64,000 bases of DNA from Gammaproteobacteria bacterium (GTDB taxonomy: Bacteria > Pseudomonadota > Gammaproteobacteria > Eutrophobiales > Eutrophobiaceae): contig CBDCDS010000003.1 in NCBI GenBank assembly GCA_965215365.1, positions 1,536,001 to 1,600,000 on the forward strand, read 5' to 3'. The notes under the pieces were generated by a model, which saw only the letters and a program-made list of their open reading frames with translations, made no database searches and was not told the origin of the DNA. The translations under genes were made by a program, and so were the position numbers. Numbering within the stretch: the first letter of the stretch is position 1; every line of letters starts with the position of its first letter. Positions 1-10,332 of this stretch are shown here, piece after piece.

Positions 1-15
1 CTCGCTCATCCGGCC

Positions 16-1056
16 TCACAAATCAGCGGTGCCTGACAGATATTCGGCAATTTGCACACTGTTCAGCGCCGCGCCCTTCCTGATATTGTCTGCCACCACC
101 CAAAAATTGATGCCGCGGGGATGGGAAAGGTCTTCCCTGATACGGCCCACAAACACAGAATCGTGTCCGGCCGCCTCGGTTACGGCGGTCGGATAGCTGC
201 CGTCTTGCTGTTCATCTATCACCACCACCCCGGGGAATTGGTGTAGCAGTGAGCTGGCCTCAGCAACGCTGAGCTTCTCTTTCGTTTCAATATGCACGGC
301 CTCGGAGTGGCCGTAAAATACCGGCACGCGCACACAGGTGGGGTTGACCCGAAGTGCATTATCACCCAGTATCTTGCGGGTCTCCCACACCATCTTCATC
401 TCTTCCCGGGTATAACCATTGTCCTGGAACACATCGATTTGCGGCAATACGTTAAATGCCATCTGCCGGGGATGAACCGTCGGGAGCACGGGCTTGCCGT
501 TGAGCAGGTCGATGGTTTGCCGCTCCAGTTCCTCGATAGCCTTTTGGCCCTTGCCGGACACCGCCTGATAGGTAGCCACATTGACGCGCTCGATACCGAC
601 GGCGTCGTAAACGGGTTTCAGCACCATTACCATCTGAATGGTGGAACAGTTCGGGTTGGCGATGATGCCGCGTGCCGCATACTGCGCGATAGCTTCCGGG
701 TTCACCTCCGGTACAACCAGGGGGATATCCTCGTCATAGCGGAACTGTGAGGTATTATCAATGACGATGGCGCCGGCGGCCGCGGCCCGGGGTGCATGGA
801 TTTTGGACACCGCGGCGCCGGGGGAAAACAGCCCGATATCAATGCCGGAAAAATCGAAGGTATCCAGGTCTTCAACCGCCAGTTCCTCACCCCTGAACTC
901 AAGCAGTTTACCCGCAGAGCGACTGCTGGCCACAACGCGCACCTCGGCAGCGGGAAAATCGCGCTGCTCGAGGATCGACAACAGCGCCTGCCCCACCTCA
1001 CCGGTAGCGCCGACGACGGCGATATTAACCGGTTTGTTCAAGTTATGAGTTTTCAT
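16..1056 (-). CDS. asd: Aspartate-semialdehyde dehydrogenase
   Basis: VVGATGEVG nucleotide-binding motif, NPNCST catalytic Cys, DNIRKGAALN C-terminus; follows leuB. Confidence 0.97.
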   Translation of the reverse strand: MKTHNLNKPVNIAVVGATGEVGQALLSILEQRDFPAAEVRVVASSRSAGKLLEFRGEELAVEDLDTFDFSGIDIGLFSPGAAVSKIHAPRAAAAGAIVIDNTSQFRYDEDIPLVVPEVNPEAIAQYAARGIIANPNCSTIQMVMVLKPVYDAVGIERVNVATYQAVSGKGQKAIEELERQTIDLLNGKPVLPTVHPRQMAFNVLPQIDVFQDNGYTREEMKMVWETRKILGDNALRVNPTCVRVPVFYGHSEAVHIETKEKLSVAEASSLLHQFPGVVVIDEQQDGSYPTAVTEAAGHDSVFVGRIREDLSHPRGINFWVVADNIRKGAALNSVQIAEYLSGTADL

Positions 1057-1065
1057 TGATACAAT

Positions 1066-2142
1066 TTACAACGCTTGCACCACCGCGTCGCCCATTTGTG
1101 CCGTGGACACTTTTTCCGTACCCGGCGTGTGGATGTCCGCAGTCCTAAGGCCCTGTTCGAGGACGGATTTAACCGCGTTTTCCACCCGCTGCGCCTGTTC
1201 CGGCAGGCCCAGGGAATAGCGCAACAGCATTGCCGCAGACAGTATCATCGCCAACGGATTGGCCCGCCCCTGACCGGCGATATCCGGCGCCGAGCCGTGT
1301 ACCGGCTCATACAGGCCCTTGCCGTTCTCAGCCAGCGCCGCGGACGGTAACATACCGATGGAGCCGCTGAGCATGGCGGCGAGATCGGAGAGAATATCCC
1401 CGAACATATTGGTGGTGACCAGCACATCGAACTGTTTCGGGCGGCGCACCAGTTGCATGGCGGCGTTATCCACGTATATATGCTCCAGTGCAACCTCAGG
1501 ATAGTGCGCCGCCACCTCGGTCACAACCTCGCGCCACAACACCGTCGCTTCCAGCACGTTTTCCTTGTCCACGGAGCACAGCCGCCGCTCCCGCTGCAGG
1601 GCGACCTTGCAGGCCGCGTGGGCAATGCGACGAATTTCCGACTCCGTATAACGCAGGGTGTTCAACCCCTCGCGTTCCCCCGCCGGCGTGGTACTGATGC
1701 CCCGGGGCTGGCCGAAATAAATGCCTCCGGTGAGCTCGCGCACGATCATGATATCCAGCCCGCTCACCAGTTCCGGCTTCAACGATGACGCCGCCACCAG
1801 TTGCGGGTAGGTCAATGCCGGGCGCAGGTTGGCAAACAGGGCAAGCTCTGCGCGCAGGGGCAACAATGCCCCCCGCTCCGGCCGCAAATCACGCGCCAGC
1901 CCATCCCATTTCGGCCCGCCTACGGCGCCGAACAGCACCGCGTCACTGGCCTTGGCCAGACGCAAGGTCGGCTCCGGCAACGGCGTGCCGCAATCATCGT
2001 AGGCAGCGCCGCCGACCAGCGCGTGTTCAATGGCAATATCCAGGCCGTAGTCGCGCACCAGGGCAGCCAGGACTTTTTCAGCCGGCGCCATGATTTCAGG
2101 GCCGATGCCGTCACCGGCCAATATCAGGATGTTATGGCTCAT
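1066..2142 (-). CDS. leuB: 3-isopropylmalate dehydrogenase
   Basis: [41 protein letters not shown] motifs. Confidence 0.97.
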   Translation of the reverse strand: MSHNILILAGDGIGPEIMAPAEKVLAALVRDYGLDIAIEHALVGGAAYDDCGTPLPEPTLRLAKASDAVLFGAVGGPKWDGLARDLRPERGALLPLRAELALFANLRPALTYPQLVAASSLKPELVSGLDIMIVRELTGGIYFGQPRGISTTPAGEREGLNTLRYTESEIRRIAHAACKVALQRERRLCSVDKENVLEATVLWREVVTEVAAHYPEVALEHIYVDNAAMQLVRRPKQFDVLVTTNMFGDILSDLAAMLSGSIGMLPSAALAENGKGLYEPVHGSAPDIAGQGRANPLAMILSAAMLLRYSLGLPEQAQRVENAVKSVLEQGLRTADIHTPGTEKVSTAQMGDAVVQAL

Positions 2143-2292
2143 TTCGCCCGGTAGTTCTCGCTATCTTCGGCAAGTTCCACATTCCGTCCGTCACGGTTGC
2201 AGTAGCGGAGAATTGTATCATAATGCCGGATAATTGATTGTTACCCACAATGCCCGGCCAGACTTTACCCATCCATAAGGAGTAAGCAGCAG

Positions 2293-3114
2293 ATGAATAA
2301 CATTGCAGACATCATCAGTGAGGCGTTTGCACAACGCAGCCAGCTCAACGCGCGCAGCGCCGACAACACCCTCAAGGACGCCGTTAATGAGGCCCTCGAC
2401 GGGCTTGACCGCGGCGAATTACGGGTCGCAGAGCAACGCGACGGCGAATGGGTGGTGAACCAGTGGCTGAAAAAAGCCGTGCTGCTATCGTTTGCCTTGA
2501 ACGATAACCGCGTGCTGGAGGACGGCTGCAGCCGCTATTACGACAAGGTGGAACCCAAGTTTGCCGGTTACAGCCAGGATGACTTTGCGACGGGTGGGAT
2601 GCGCGTAGTGCCGCCGGCCATGGCGCGCCATGGCAGCTACGTGGCACCCAATGTTGTACTCATGCCCAGCTACGTCAATATCGGTGCCTATATCGACTCG
2701 GGTACCATGGTGGACACCTGGGCCACGGTCGGTTCCTGTGCCCAGGTTGGTAAGAATGTGCACCTGTCCGGCGGTGTCGGCTTAGGCGGTGTGCTGGAAC
2801 CGTTACAGGCCAACCCGACCATTATCGAGGATAACTGCTTCATCGGCGCCCGTTCGGAAATTGTCGAAGGCGTGATCGTCGGCGCCGGCTCCGTCATTTC
2901 CATGGGCGTGTATATCGGCCAGAGCACCCGCATTTACAATCGCGCCACCGGCGAGATCAGCTACGGCAAAGTCCCCCCCGGCTCCGTCGTCGTTTCCGGC
3001 AACCTGCCCGCAAAAGACGGCAAATACAGCCTCTACTGCGCGGTAATCGTCAAACAGGTGGATGAGAAAACCCGGGGTAAGGTGAGTCTGAACGAGTTGT
3101 TGCGAGATTTGTAA
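2293..3114 (+). CDS. dapD: 2,3,4,5-tetrahydropyridine-2,6-dicarboxylate N-succinyltransferase
   Basis: [46 protein letters not shown]. Confidence 0.97.
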   Translation: MNNIADIISEAFAQRSQLNARSADNTLKDAVNEALDGLDRGELRVAEQRDGEWVVNQWLKKAVLLSFALNDNRVLEDGCSRYYDKVEPKFAGYSQDDFATGGMRVVPPAMARHGSYVAPNVVLMPSYVNIGAYIDSGTMVDTWATVGSCAQVGKNVHLSGGVGLGGVLEPLQANPTIIEDNCFIGARSEIVEGVIVGAGSVISMGVYIGQSTRIYNRATGEISYGKVPPGSVVVSGNLPAKDGKYSLYCAVIVKQVDEKTRGKVSLNELLRDL

Positions 3115-3127
3115 GCACTGATCAGGG

Positions 3128-3169
3128 AGCCTGCATATCTCACCAAGTGATGCGAAGATCGCACCGGAT
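3128..3169 (-). repeat. Partial copy of the 62-bp TA-bounded dispersed repeat (MITE-like)
   Basis: Reverse complement ATCCGGTGCGATCTTCGCATCACTTGGTGAGATATGCAGGCT matches the full copies at 13471, 41298 and 46793. Confidence 0.9.
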
Positions 3170-3171
3170 AG

Positions 3172-3258
3172 CGCATAATAGGGAATGATCAGTACCGAAT
3201 TTGTTTTATTTGGCGACAAGGTAATGCATACCAGGTTGAAATCGTTGATTATCATTAG
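3172..3258 (+). pseudogene. higB: 5'-truncated HigB (RelE-like killer protein) toxin remnant
   Basis: Frame reads RIIGNDQYRICFIWRQGNAYQVEIVDYH*, the typical HigB C-terminus; in-frame TAG immediately upstream; directly precedes higA. Confidence 0.85.
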
Positions 3259-3265
3259 GTGAGAT

Positions 3266-3556
3266 ATGCGGGCTAAACTGAAAAATATCCATCCCGGCGC
3301 TATTCTTCTTCATGAGTTTTTAGAGCCGCTGGGCATCAGCCAGAATAAACTGGCCAGGGATATTTCTGTTCCACCGAGACGAATAAATGAAATCGTTCTC
3401 GGCAAGCGGGCGGTTACTGCCGATACGGCCTTGCGTCTCGCTCGCTATTTTAGCAGCAGTGAAAAGTTCTGGTTGGGATTGCAGGATGACTACGACCTGG
3501 AAGAAGCCAGCAACAAAATGGGTCAGGCGCTCAATCGTATTTCAGCTGTTGCATAA
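3266..3556 (+). CDS. higA: HigA-family antitoxin (HTH)
   Basis: IHPGAIL...RRINEIVLGKRAVTADTALRLARYF...FWLGLQDDYDL. Confidence 0.93.
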   Translation: MRAKLKNIHPGAILLHEFLEPLGISQNKLARDISVPPRRINEIVLGKRAVTADTALRLARYFSSSEKFWLGLQDDYDLEEASNKMGQALNRISAVA

Positions 3557-3671
3557 ACATTGATGCTTCTTTCTGCGTCTGTATCTTACCCAAAAAACGG
3601 AAAGGCAATGAAGTATAACCGTGGCCGAGAATTTGGACAGGGTTTGCTTCAAGGCACTGATGATGTCCAGA

Positions 3672-4214
3672 CTAACAGTTAAAATACCGTTCCCGGTAGT
3701 GGCGCAGTTCTTCAATGGAATCGCGGATATCATTCAGAGCCAGATGCATCGATTCTTTGTCGAACGGGTCGGGGTTGTGGGTCCAGCGCTTGACCAGTTC
3801 CTTGACCGTGCTCACGTCCAAGTTGCGGTAGTGAAAATATTTTTCCAGTTCCGGCATGTAGCGGTAGAGAAAGCGACGGTCCAGGCAGATGCTGTTGCCG
3901 CACATGGGAGACACGCCGGCCGGCACGTATTTGCGGATAAATTCCAAGGTGAGTCGCTCAGCTGTGCGCTCGTTGCACTCACTCTTACGCACCCGCTCCA
4001 ACAACCCCGACCCGCCATGTTGTTTCACGTTCCACTCATCCATGCCGGCCAGCTTTGCCTCGGGCTGATGCAGCGCCAACACCGGCCCTTCCGCCAGCAG
4101 GTTCAGTTCGGAGTCGGTAATCAGTGTGGCTATCTCAATGATGCAATCATGCTCCGGGCGCAAACCGGTCATTTCCAGGTCGATCCAGATGAGATTGTGT
4201 TCGGATTGAGACAT
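3672..4214 (-). CDS. orn: Oligoribonuclease
   Basis: [39 protein letters not shown] (DEDDh). Confidence 0.97.
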   Translation of the reverse strand: MSQSEHNLIWIDLEMTGLRPEHDCIIEIATLITDSELNLLAEGPVLALHQPEAKLAGMDEWNVKQHGGSGLLERVRKSECNERTAERLTLEFIRKYVPAGVSPMCGNSICLDRRFLYRYMPELEKYFHYRNLDVSTVKELVKRWTHNPDPFDKESMHLALNDIRDSIEELRHYRERYFNC

Positions 4215-4271
4215 CGGCAGGTATTGGTTGGCAGTATTCCGGGTTTGATGAAAAAATGGGAAATTCCGGGC

Positions 4272-6956
4272 TTAATCCAGCTCCCTTACTGAGGATACCT
4301 GTCTGAACTTGACATTTTCCATACGTTTGTAATGCGCCTTCCCACACTCAATTTTATTTTTCTCGCTTGGTCTCAATTCCTGCCCGGCTGATTTTGTCTC
4401 CGCAACAAAATAAATCTCCTCTTCACCTTTCTTGATGAGCACCCAGTCGGGATTATAATTGCCGATGGGCGTCTTGATTTTGAACCACGGGGGAAGTTTG
4501 AAGTAAAACTCTATGTCTTCCCTGCTTTCACAATCCCGGGCGAATTGACTTTCCACTCTGGAATCGAGCGGCAGCAGATCGGCGTTGATGGTTTTTTCCG
4601 GGTTGCCGATCTCAAAAGTATGTTCGTTTCGGTGAAACTCATAGCCTTCAAATAACTGTAACTCATACTCTTTATCAGAAATTTTTTCGTACTTGATCCC
4701 TTTGACCATCAGTTCTGTTAGTGCACCCCGGATCGCTTCGACAACCTTGTCTGCGAATAATTGAGGATTAACCAGAATGTCGCGCAGTCTACCGGAACGC
4801 GAAAGAATTTCATAAATGGTGGAACGGGTAAGGCGTGTTTGCGAATGATCTTGAATGTAGGAAAGAATATCCGGAACGAAAACAGTGTCATCTTCAACGC
4901 TTATACTCTGGCCTTGCTTCGGCTTGGATATAACCCCTACTGTTTTACTGATATCTATTCTTGCCCTCTCAACCCTGAGGGCCGGTTTTGTTACAGCCTC
5001 CATCTTTTTCACGGTCTCAGCCGCCTTGTTTATCAGCTCCTCCGTCTCATATTCAACGCGATATGAGGTTTGATATTTTATCCGTTCCCAAAGTGTCTTG
5101 AATTTTTCGTCAAACTGAAAGCCTTTGCGGTATTGCACACTTGCCCGTTTACGCTTATTTTTTATCCGGTTGCCGAACCGAACGCCACAATCATCCGCAA
5201 TTTCATTCTGTAGCTGACGTGCAAAATCTTCGTAGCTTTCGTTGGCGATAACCGTCAGTCGGTTAATATTGGTATCTTCGATACGCTTGCCGTCACTGTC
5301 CACGGCCAGCCGCATACCTCGACCTATTTCCTGCCGTTTTTTCAACTCGGATTGTGTTTCGTTCAAGGTGCAAATCTGGAACACATTAGGGTTATCCCAA
5401 CCCTCCCGCAGCGCGGAATGGCTGAAAATGAAGCGCAGCGGTTCATTCGGATCCAACAGGCGCTCCTTTTCACGCATGATCAACTTGAACGTCTGGTTGT
5501 CTGCGAGTGTGTTGCCACGAGTGTCTTTCCACTTGCCTTTATCCTGAGAAAAATAGCCGTTATGAACTTCCTCCGCCGCAAATGGGAGTACACCACGGAA
5601 TTCTTCTTTGCCTGCAAACTCGTTAAATGCTTCCTCAAAATAGTCTGCAAATTTTCCCTTAACCGGGTTACCGGCTTCATCGTAGGCGCGGTAGTTTGCT
5701 ACCCGATCGATAAAGAATAAGGAAATCACCTTGATCCCGCTTAATTGCTTTTCCTTGCTGAAATGCTCGGCGACGGTTTCTCGGATTTGCATCTTCATTA
5801 TCTCGTCGCTCAGCCCGCCGATAGTCTCGCCGACGGACAATGGCCTACCGTTTGAAAGGACGACAATCCCTTTTTCTGCATCAATTTCATTTACAATGTA
5901 ACCGTTTCTGTAGAGCTCTCTCCTGCCTGAAGCAACGTAAAGGTCTCGTCCGACACTCGCGGTGACGGATTTTCTTTTGACGCCGTTACCCGTGTTACAG
6001 TCAATTTCTAACGAGGCCGATAGTGCGCGCTCGGTATTTATTCTCTTCAAGCGCACGTAGGCGTCGTTGAAATCATTCTCGGAGATCACAGAGCCTACTT
6101 CGATCTGTTTTACCAGTCCCAAGTCATACGCCCGCACCGGATCAAGGTTGTAGATCATGTTGTAGCGTCTGGTATGCGTGGCGGAATAGCGCAGGGTACA
6201 GAGATAGTTTAAGTTCTCAATGGCCTGCTTGCGCGCGTCTGTTTCCATATTCTGTGGTTCGTCCACGATAACTATGGGATTAGCGCGTTGAATAAAATCA
6301 ATGGGCTTACTGCCCATCAGTTTGTCATTGGCGCGGTTGATAATATTTTTGTCTTTAGCGAAAGAATCAATGTTGATAACGAGAATTTCGATGGCATCAC
6401 TCAGGGCAAAGGCGCGCAGGCCTGATACTCGGCTCGAATCGTAAACCTCATAATGGGCAGGCGGATGGCCGTACAGGTTTTGCAGGTGGTCATGTGTAAC
6501 AGACAGATTCTTCAACACGCCTTCCCGGATAGCGACGGAAGGCACTACAATGACGAACTTGCGGAAGCCGTATTGACGGTTCAACTCGTAAATGGTGCGC
6601 AGATAAACATAGGTCTTGCCGGTGCCGGTTTCCATCTCTACGGAGAAGTGCATTCCGTCGAGAACCTCAGAAACTGTCCATTTGCCATATTCTTCCTTTT
6701 TCTGCTTTACCAGTTCTCCCTCCTCTTGTTCTTCTTTTTCAAGTTCTTCTTTCTGGATAGCCTGTACGTTTTGAAGGATTTGCTCCTCATCAACTTGCAG
6801 ACGATTGGCAAAGCCGGTTTCGGCTAGAATCTCGCCGGGATTGGATGACAGGAAGGCGTTGCTTCCACTCCCCGCAGGCTGGCCCTCAAATACTTTTAGC
6901 ACCGCGTTGATAGCGTCCAGTTGATATTGTTGGTGGGGGTTGAAGTGAAGGCGCAC
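4272..6956 (-). CDS. res: Type III restriction endonuclease subunit (Res)
   Basis: METGTGKTYVY Walker A, DEPQ, FSHSALREGWDNPNVFQIC, QEIGRGMRL, C-terminal YNPDW...ETK nuclease motif. Confidence 0.95.
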   Translation of the reverse strand: MRLHFNPHQQYQLDAINAVLKVFEGQPAGSGSNAFLSSNPGEILAETGFANRLQVDEEQILQNVQAIQKEELEKEEQEEGELVKQKKEEYGKWTVSEVLDGMHFSVEMETGTGKTYVYLRTIYELNRQYGFRKFVIVVPSVAIREGVLKNLSVTHDHLQNLYGHPPAHYEVYDSSRVSGLRAFALSDAIEILVINIDSFAKDKNIINRANDKLMGSKPIDFIQRANPIVIVDEPQNMETDARKQAIENLNYLCTLRYSATHTRRYNMIYNLDPVRAYDLGLVKQIEVGSVISENDFNDAYVRLKRINTERALSASLEIDCNTGNGVKRKSVTASVGRDLYVASGRRELYRNGYIVNEIDAEKGIVVLSNGRPLSVGETIGGLSDEIMKMQIRETVAEHFSKEKQLSGIKVISLFFIDRVANYRAYDEAGNPVKGKFADYFEEAFNEFAGKEEFRGVLPFAAEEVHNGYFSQDKGKWKDTRGNTLADNQTFKLIMREKERLLDPNEPLRFIFSHSALREGWDNPNVFQICTLNETQSELKKRQEIGRGMRLAVDSDGKRIEDTNINRLTVIANESYEDFARQLQNEIADDCGVRFGNRIKNKRKRASVQYRKGFQFDEKFKTLWERIKYQTSYRVEYETEELINKAAETVKKMEAVTKPALRVERARIDISKTVGVISKPKQGQSISVEDDTVFVPDILSYIQDHSQTRLTRSTIYEILSRSGRLRDILVNPQLFADKVVEAIRGALTELMVKGIKYEKISDKEYELQLFEGYEFHRNEHTFEIGNPEKTINADLLPLDSRVESQFARDCESREDIEFYFKLPPWFKIKTPIGNYNPDWVLIKKGEEEIYFVAETKSAGQELRPSEKNKIECGKAHYKRMENVKFRQVSSVRELD

Positions 6957-6962
6957 GAATCG

Positions 6963-7397
6963 TTATCCCAGTGAAGAACCATAGGCTATGATCTCCTCAC
7001 GAACCTGATTCATTTTCTCATACTCTTTCTGTTTATTACTGATTTCGCACTGCCAGATTATCAACACCTGCCACCCTGTTTTTTCCAATTCATCATAGTT
7101 CTTCAAATCCCTTTCTATGTTTCGGTTTATTTTTTTGCGCCAGAAATCTGTATTTGTTACGGGTAATTTTCCTCTTGGGCAGTCGTGACCATGCCAATAA
7201 CATCCGTGAACAAAAACAACGGTTTTATACTTAGGCAAAACCAGATCAGGGTTGCCGGGCAGGTTGCTGACGTGTTTCCTGTACCTCAGCCCTTCAGAGA
7301 ACAGATACTTGCGAACTAAAGCCTCCGGTTTTGTGTCCTTGCCGGATATGCGCGACATGATGTCACTGCGTTTCCGGGCGGAATAGATGTCATTCAT
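6963..7397 (-). CDS. vsr: Very short patch repair endonuclease
   Basis: RSDIMSRISGKDTKPE, LPGNPD, FVHGCYWHGH, FW..KI.RN.ERD, WQCE. Confidence 0.95.
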   Translation of the reverse strand: MNDIYSARKRSDIMSRISGKDTKPEALVRKYLFSEGLRYRKHVSNLPGNPDLVLPKYKTVVFVHGCYWHGHDCPRGKLPVTNTDFWRKKINRNIERDLKNYDELEKTGWQVLIIWQCEISNKQKEYEKMNQVREEIIAYGSSLG

Positions 7398-9262
7398 TTA
7401 ACAGCTTGGATATTCTGTAATTTTTCGTACTTATCCATGAATTCCTGATGATATGTTCTTGCGTTTTCTAATAACTCACCATAAGTTTTGACGTATATCT
7501 CTCCAGATATACCGTATGTCTTTATCTTGGATTGAGCAAGCCGGTCATTGGACTGCTTGCCGCCGACCACATAGGCAACTATCTGGCCTGCTGACCCTGG
7601 TGTATTTCCAACTTGTTTTTCCAAAAATGAACGATAATCGGCCGCTTGCTCTATATCTGTTGCACTTATCACATGATGAGGTCTTTTCAATTCAATGATG
7701 AAACGATGATTTGAAACGCTGGTACAGACAAAATCTATTCTTCTATCGGACTCTTCCAGCTGCTCTTCAGGATACTCATCCCTGAGGACTTGCGAGAAGT
7801 GTGCCTCGTGTTGGAACTCCATTATTCTAGGGTCTAGCAACCATGGAAATTCCTTGAAAAAATCATGCAAGATAGGAACTTCCTTGGAATTATCTTTTAT
7901 ATGTTTAGATAGTTCATTAATTGTGGAAATCCTGCCAAGGGAAAGACGATAAAGTTCCTTTGCTTCGACAAGCTGCCATTCCTTGAATAACTCAACAAAT
8001 ATACTACTATCAACCGTGTCAGTTTCAGCAATTTCCGTTGCGAACTCTTTGAATGCTTCAAACTGAAAAGCATCTTTCACATAGCTGACCAAGCCGCCGG
8101 ATTTTTCCGTGTCTATCCCCTCGTTTCCAATGATTTGATTGACAATTTTTCGCGCCAATGCCTGTTCATGTTTTGGCAAGGCTGCCAGCCATTCATCAAC
8201 ATCCATTCCGGTCTTCTCTTTGATTTCCTGCTTTTTCTTTTCCTCAATTCTCTTGCGCCGTTCTGAATAAATCTTTTTAACAACTTTCTGAAGATAATCT
8301 TTGAGTTCGGAAGTTCCTTCATTTTCCCAGTTCAAGGATTGCCTGCTGGTTCCGATAACGTCCTGTTCCCACTCATCAATAAATCCTATGTTCAGCCATC
8401 CGGTTAAATACGTATACCCGTGACTGGATGCTTTTTCTCCATAAAATTCATGAGCATTCACCAGTTTTCCCCTTGAAAACAAAGCTATTCCCTTCATTGA
8501 AGATGAAACCGGTGTCTTTGCCGATATAATTTTGCCTGTAATTTGCGCTACGTATTCATACTGAGAATCCACTTCAGAATAAGGAAAGTCCCATTCATAT
8601 TCAGTATCAATACTGTCGTACTTCAGTTCGTTAGTTACTTTTTTGGGCTGTAGATTATTGTGGATAATCTCCGTGTTGAAATCTTTTTCGTTAAAAACAA
8701 AAAAAGCTCTAGCTAAACTGACAGCCAAACTCTGCGGAGTAAAAGGAGTTTTTCGTCTGATGGCGGTCAATGTAACTCTGGTTCCTGATATCTCTCCGGC
8801 ACAAGGCTCGTCATGTTTCGTTAATGGTATTTCATATTGGTCACCTGATTTTTTTATATCATCCCAATCCATTTCAAAACGGTTTTCTTTACTGTCTCTC
8901 CAAGTTGTAATCTCAACATGGTTGGCAATGCCGAAAAACGACAGCTTGCCGATACCTTTTTTCCCGATGACCTTTCTTTGTCCGGATTCCGAGTACTGCT
9001 TGTTGCCCTCTCTCCTGTTACGCCCGATCTTTAGAAATTTAGCTTCCAGTTCTGCAAAAGACATCCCGTGTCCGTTGTCCTCAATAATAATTTTTTTGTC
9101 TCCATCATCTTTGAGTATTATCTTCACAATCGAGGCATCCGCATCATAAGCATTAGCTACCAATTCCGCGATAACCGGGGGCAGGGTGCTGTACATCTGG
9201 ATTCCCAAGTGTTCGATGGTATTGGGGTCAAAACTCATTTTCACTGTTTGTTGTGCTGTCAT
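7394..9262 (-). CDS. GHKL (MORC/MutL-like) ATPase with C-terminal PD-(D/E)xK-like nuclease domain
   Basis: ELVANAYDADA, DNGHGM, GKKGIGKLS, GTRV GHKL boxes; charged coiled-coil linker; C-terminal FPWLLDP...RIDF...IIELKRP. Confidence 0.85.
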   Translation of the reverse strand: MTAQQTVKMSFDPNTIEHLGIQMYSTLPPVIAELVANAYDADASIVKIILKDDGDKKIIIEDNGHGMSFAELEAKFLKIGRNRREGNKQYSESGQRKVIGKKGIGKLSFFGIANHVEITTWRDSKENRFEMDWDDIKKSGDQYEIPLTKHDEPCAGEISGTRVTLTAIRRKTPFTPQSLAVSLARAFFVFNEKDFNTEIIHNNLQPKKVTNELKYDSIDTEYEWDFPYSEVDSQYEYVAQITGKIISAKTPVSSSMKGIALFSRGKLVNAHEFYGEKASSHGYTYLTGWLNIGFIDEWEQDVIGTSRQSLNWENEGTSELKDYLQKVVKKIYSERRKRIEEKKKQEIKEKTGMDVDEWLAALPKHEQALARKIVNQIIGNEGIDTEKSGGLVSYVKDAFQFEAFKEFATEIAETDTVDSSIFVELFKEWQLVEAKELYRLSLGRISTINELSKHIKDNSKEVPILHDFFKEFPWLLDPRIMEFQHEAHFSQVLRDEYPEEQLEESDRRIDFVCTSVSNHRFIIELKRPHHVISATDIEQAADYRSFLEKQVGNTPGSAGQIVAYVVGGKQSNDRLAQSKIKTYGISGEIYVKTYGELLENARTYHQEFMDKYEKLQNIQAVK

Positions 9263-10332
9263 TGCCTAGCTCCGTTACTTTGTTTGCCTTGTAAAACCAG
9301 TCCTATTCGTCTCGCCAGTGCGGGAGGCACGGCATTACCGATCATTTTGGCCGTAGCCCCCATACTTTCCGAATAGAATTTATAGCTGTGGGGAAATGTT
9401 TGTAGGGTAGCGCCTTCTCTTAAAGAGATAGCCCTGTCTTCTTCGGGATGACCGAACCTGCCGTTGGACAGACTGTTGAAACGGGTGGTTATGGTGGGCG
9501 CCGGTTTATCCCAGAACATCCTGCCGTAAACGTCCCGGTAACAATCATCTCTCCCTTTATAGGTCTCAATTTGTAAATCCTTGCGCGAACTCCAGGATTT
9601 TCTTGTACCTCCGTCCTTCGGAGTTAAGGCAAGCCGCTGTAGCATGGTGTCCGATAGCCCCGCGCAACTGTGACGGAAGTCAGTCGCATCATAATGGCCT
9701 GCGCTGATTTTTTCAAAGCCATTTTCAGTACCGATGAAGTTTCTGACAACCGGCCCGATGTCATCGGGAACGGGTAGCTTTATGCTTTTACTCACCCGGG
9801 AAGCAACCAGCACAAATCGCTTCCTGTTTTGAGGCACACCGTAAAAGTTGGCATTGATCACACCCTGGTCATAACCGTACCCATTTGCTTCCAGAAAATT
9901 GATAAAGGCATTTAATTTGCTTTCTTCAGCCCTGCGTTTTATTCCTGGTACGTTCTCTACGACTATGTAGCCCGGATTGTAATATTCGACGAATCTCTGA
10001 AAATGGGTCAGCAGGTTTGTATTCTTTGCGGATTTTTTCCGGTCGGTGTTGATGACGCTCCAGTACTGGCATGGACTGCATCCGATGAATACCAGATTAT
10101 TATCACCAGCCCTGATTCCGGCGCCTGAAAGAACTGATGTGTCGGACTGTGTAATATCGGCCAGGATAAACCTGGTGTTCGGATTATTTTTAAGATACGT
10201 TTCCCGGCAGTTCTTATCGTTGTCCAAACCGGCAAGGACTTGGATGCCTGCTTGCCCCATACCGAAGGACATGCCACCTCCTCCGCAAAAGAAATCGCAT
10301 GCTGTCAATGAGTTATTGTTCATTGCGATCAA
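9259..10332 (-). CDS. dcm: DNA (cytosine-5)-methyltransferase (start may be ATG at 10323)
   Basis: DFFCGGGG (motif I), SPCQ (IV), ENVPG (VI), PQNRKR (VIII), IGNAVPP (X). Confidence 0.95.
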   Translation of the reverse strand: MIAMNNNSLTACDFFCGGGGMSFGMGQAGIQVLAGLDNDKNCRETYLKNNPNTRFILADITQSDTSVLSGAGIRAGDNNLVFIGCSPCQYWSVINTDRKKSAKNTNLLTHFQRFVEYYNPGYIVVENVPGIKRRAEESKLNAFINFLEANGYGYDQGVINANFYGVPQNRKRFVLVASRVSKSIKLPVPDDIGPVVRNFIGTENGFEKISAGHYDATDFRHSCAGLSDTMLQRLALTPKDGGTRKSWSSRKDLQIETYKGRDDCYRDVYGRMFWDKPAPTITTRFNSLSNGRFGHPEEDRAISLREGATLQTFPHSYKFYSESMGATAKMIGNAVPPALARRIGLVLQGKQSNGARQ

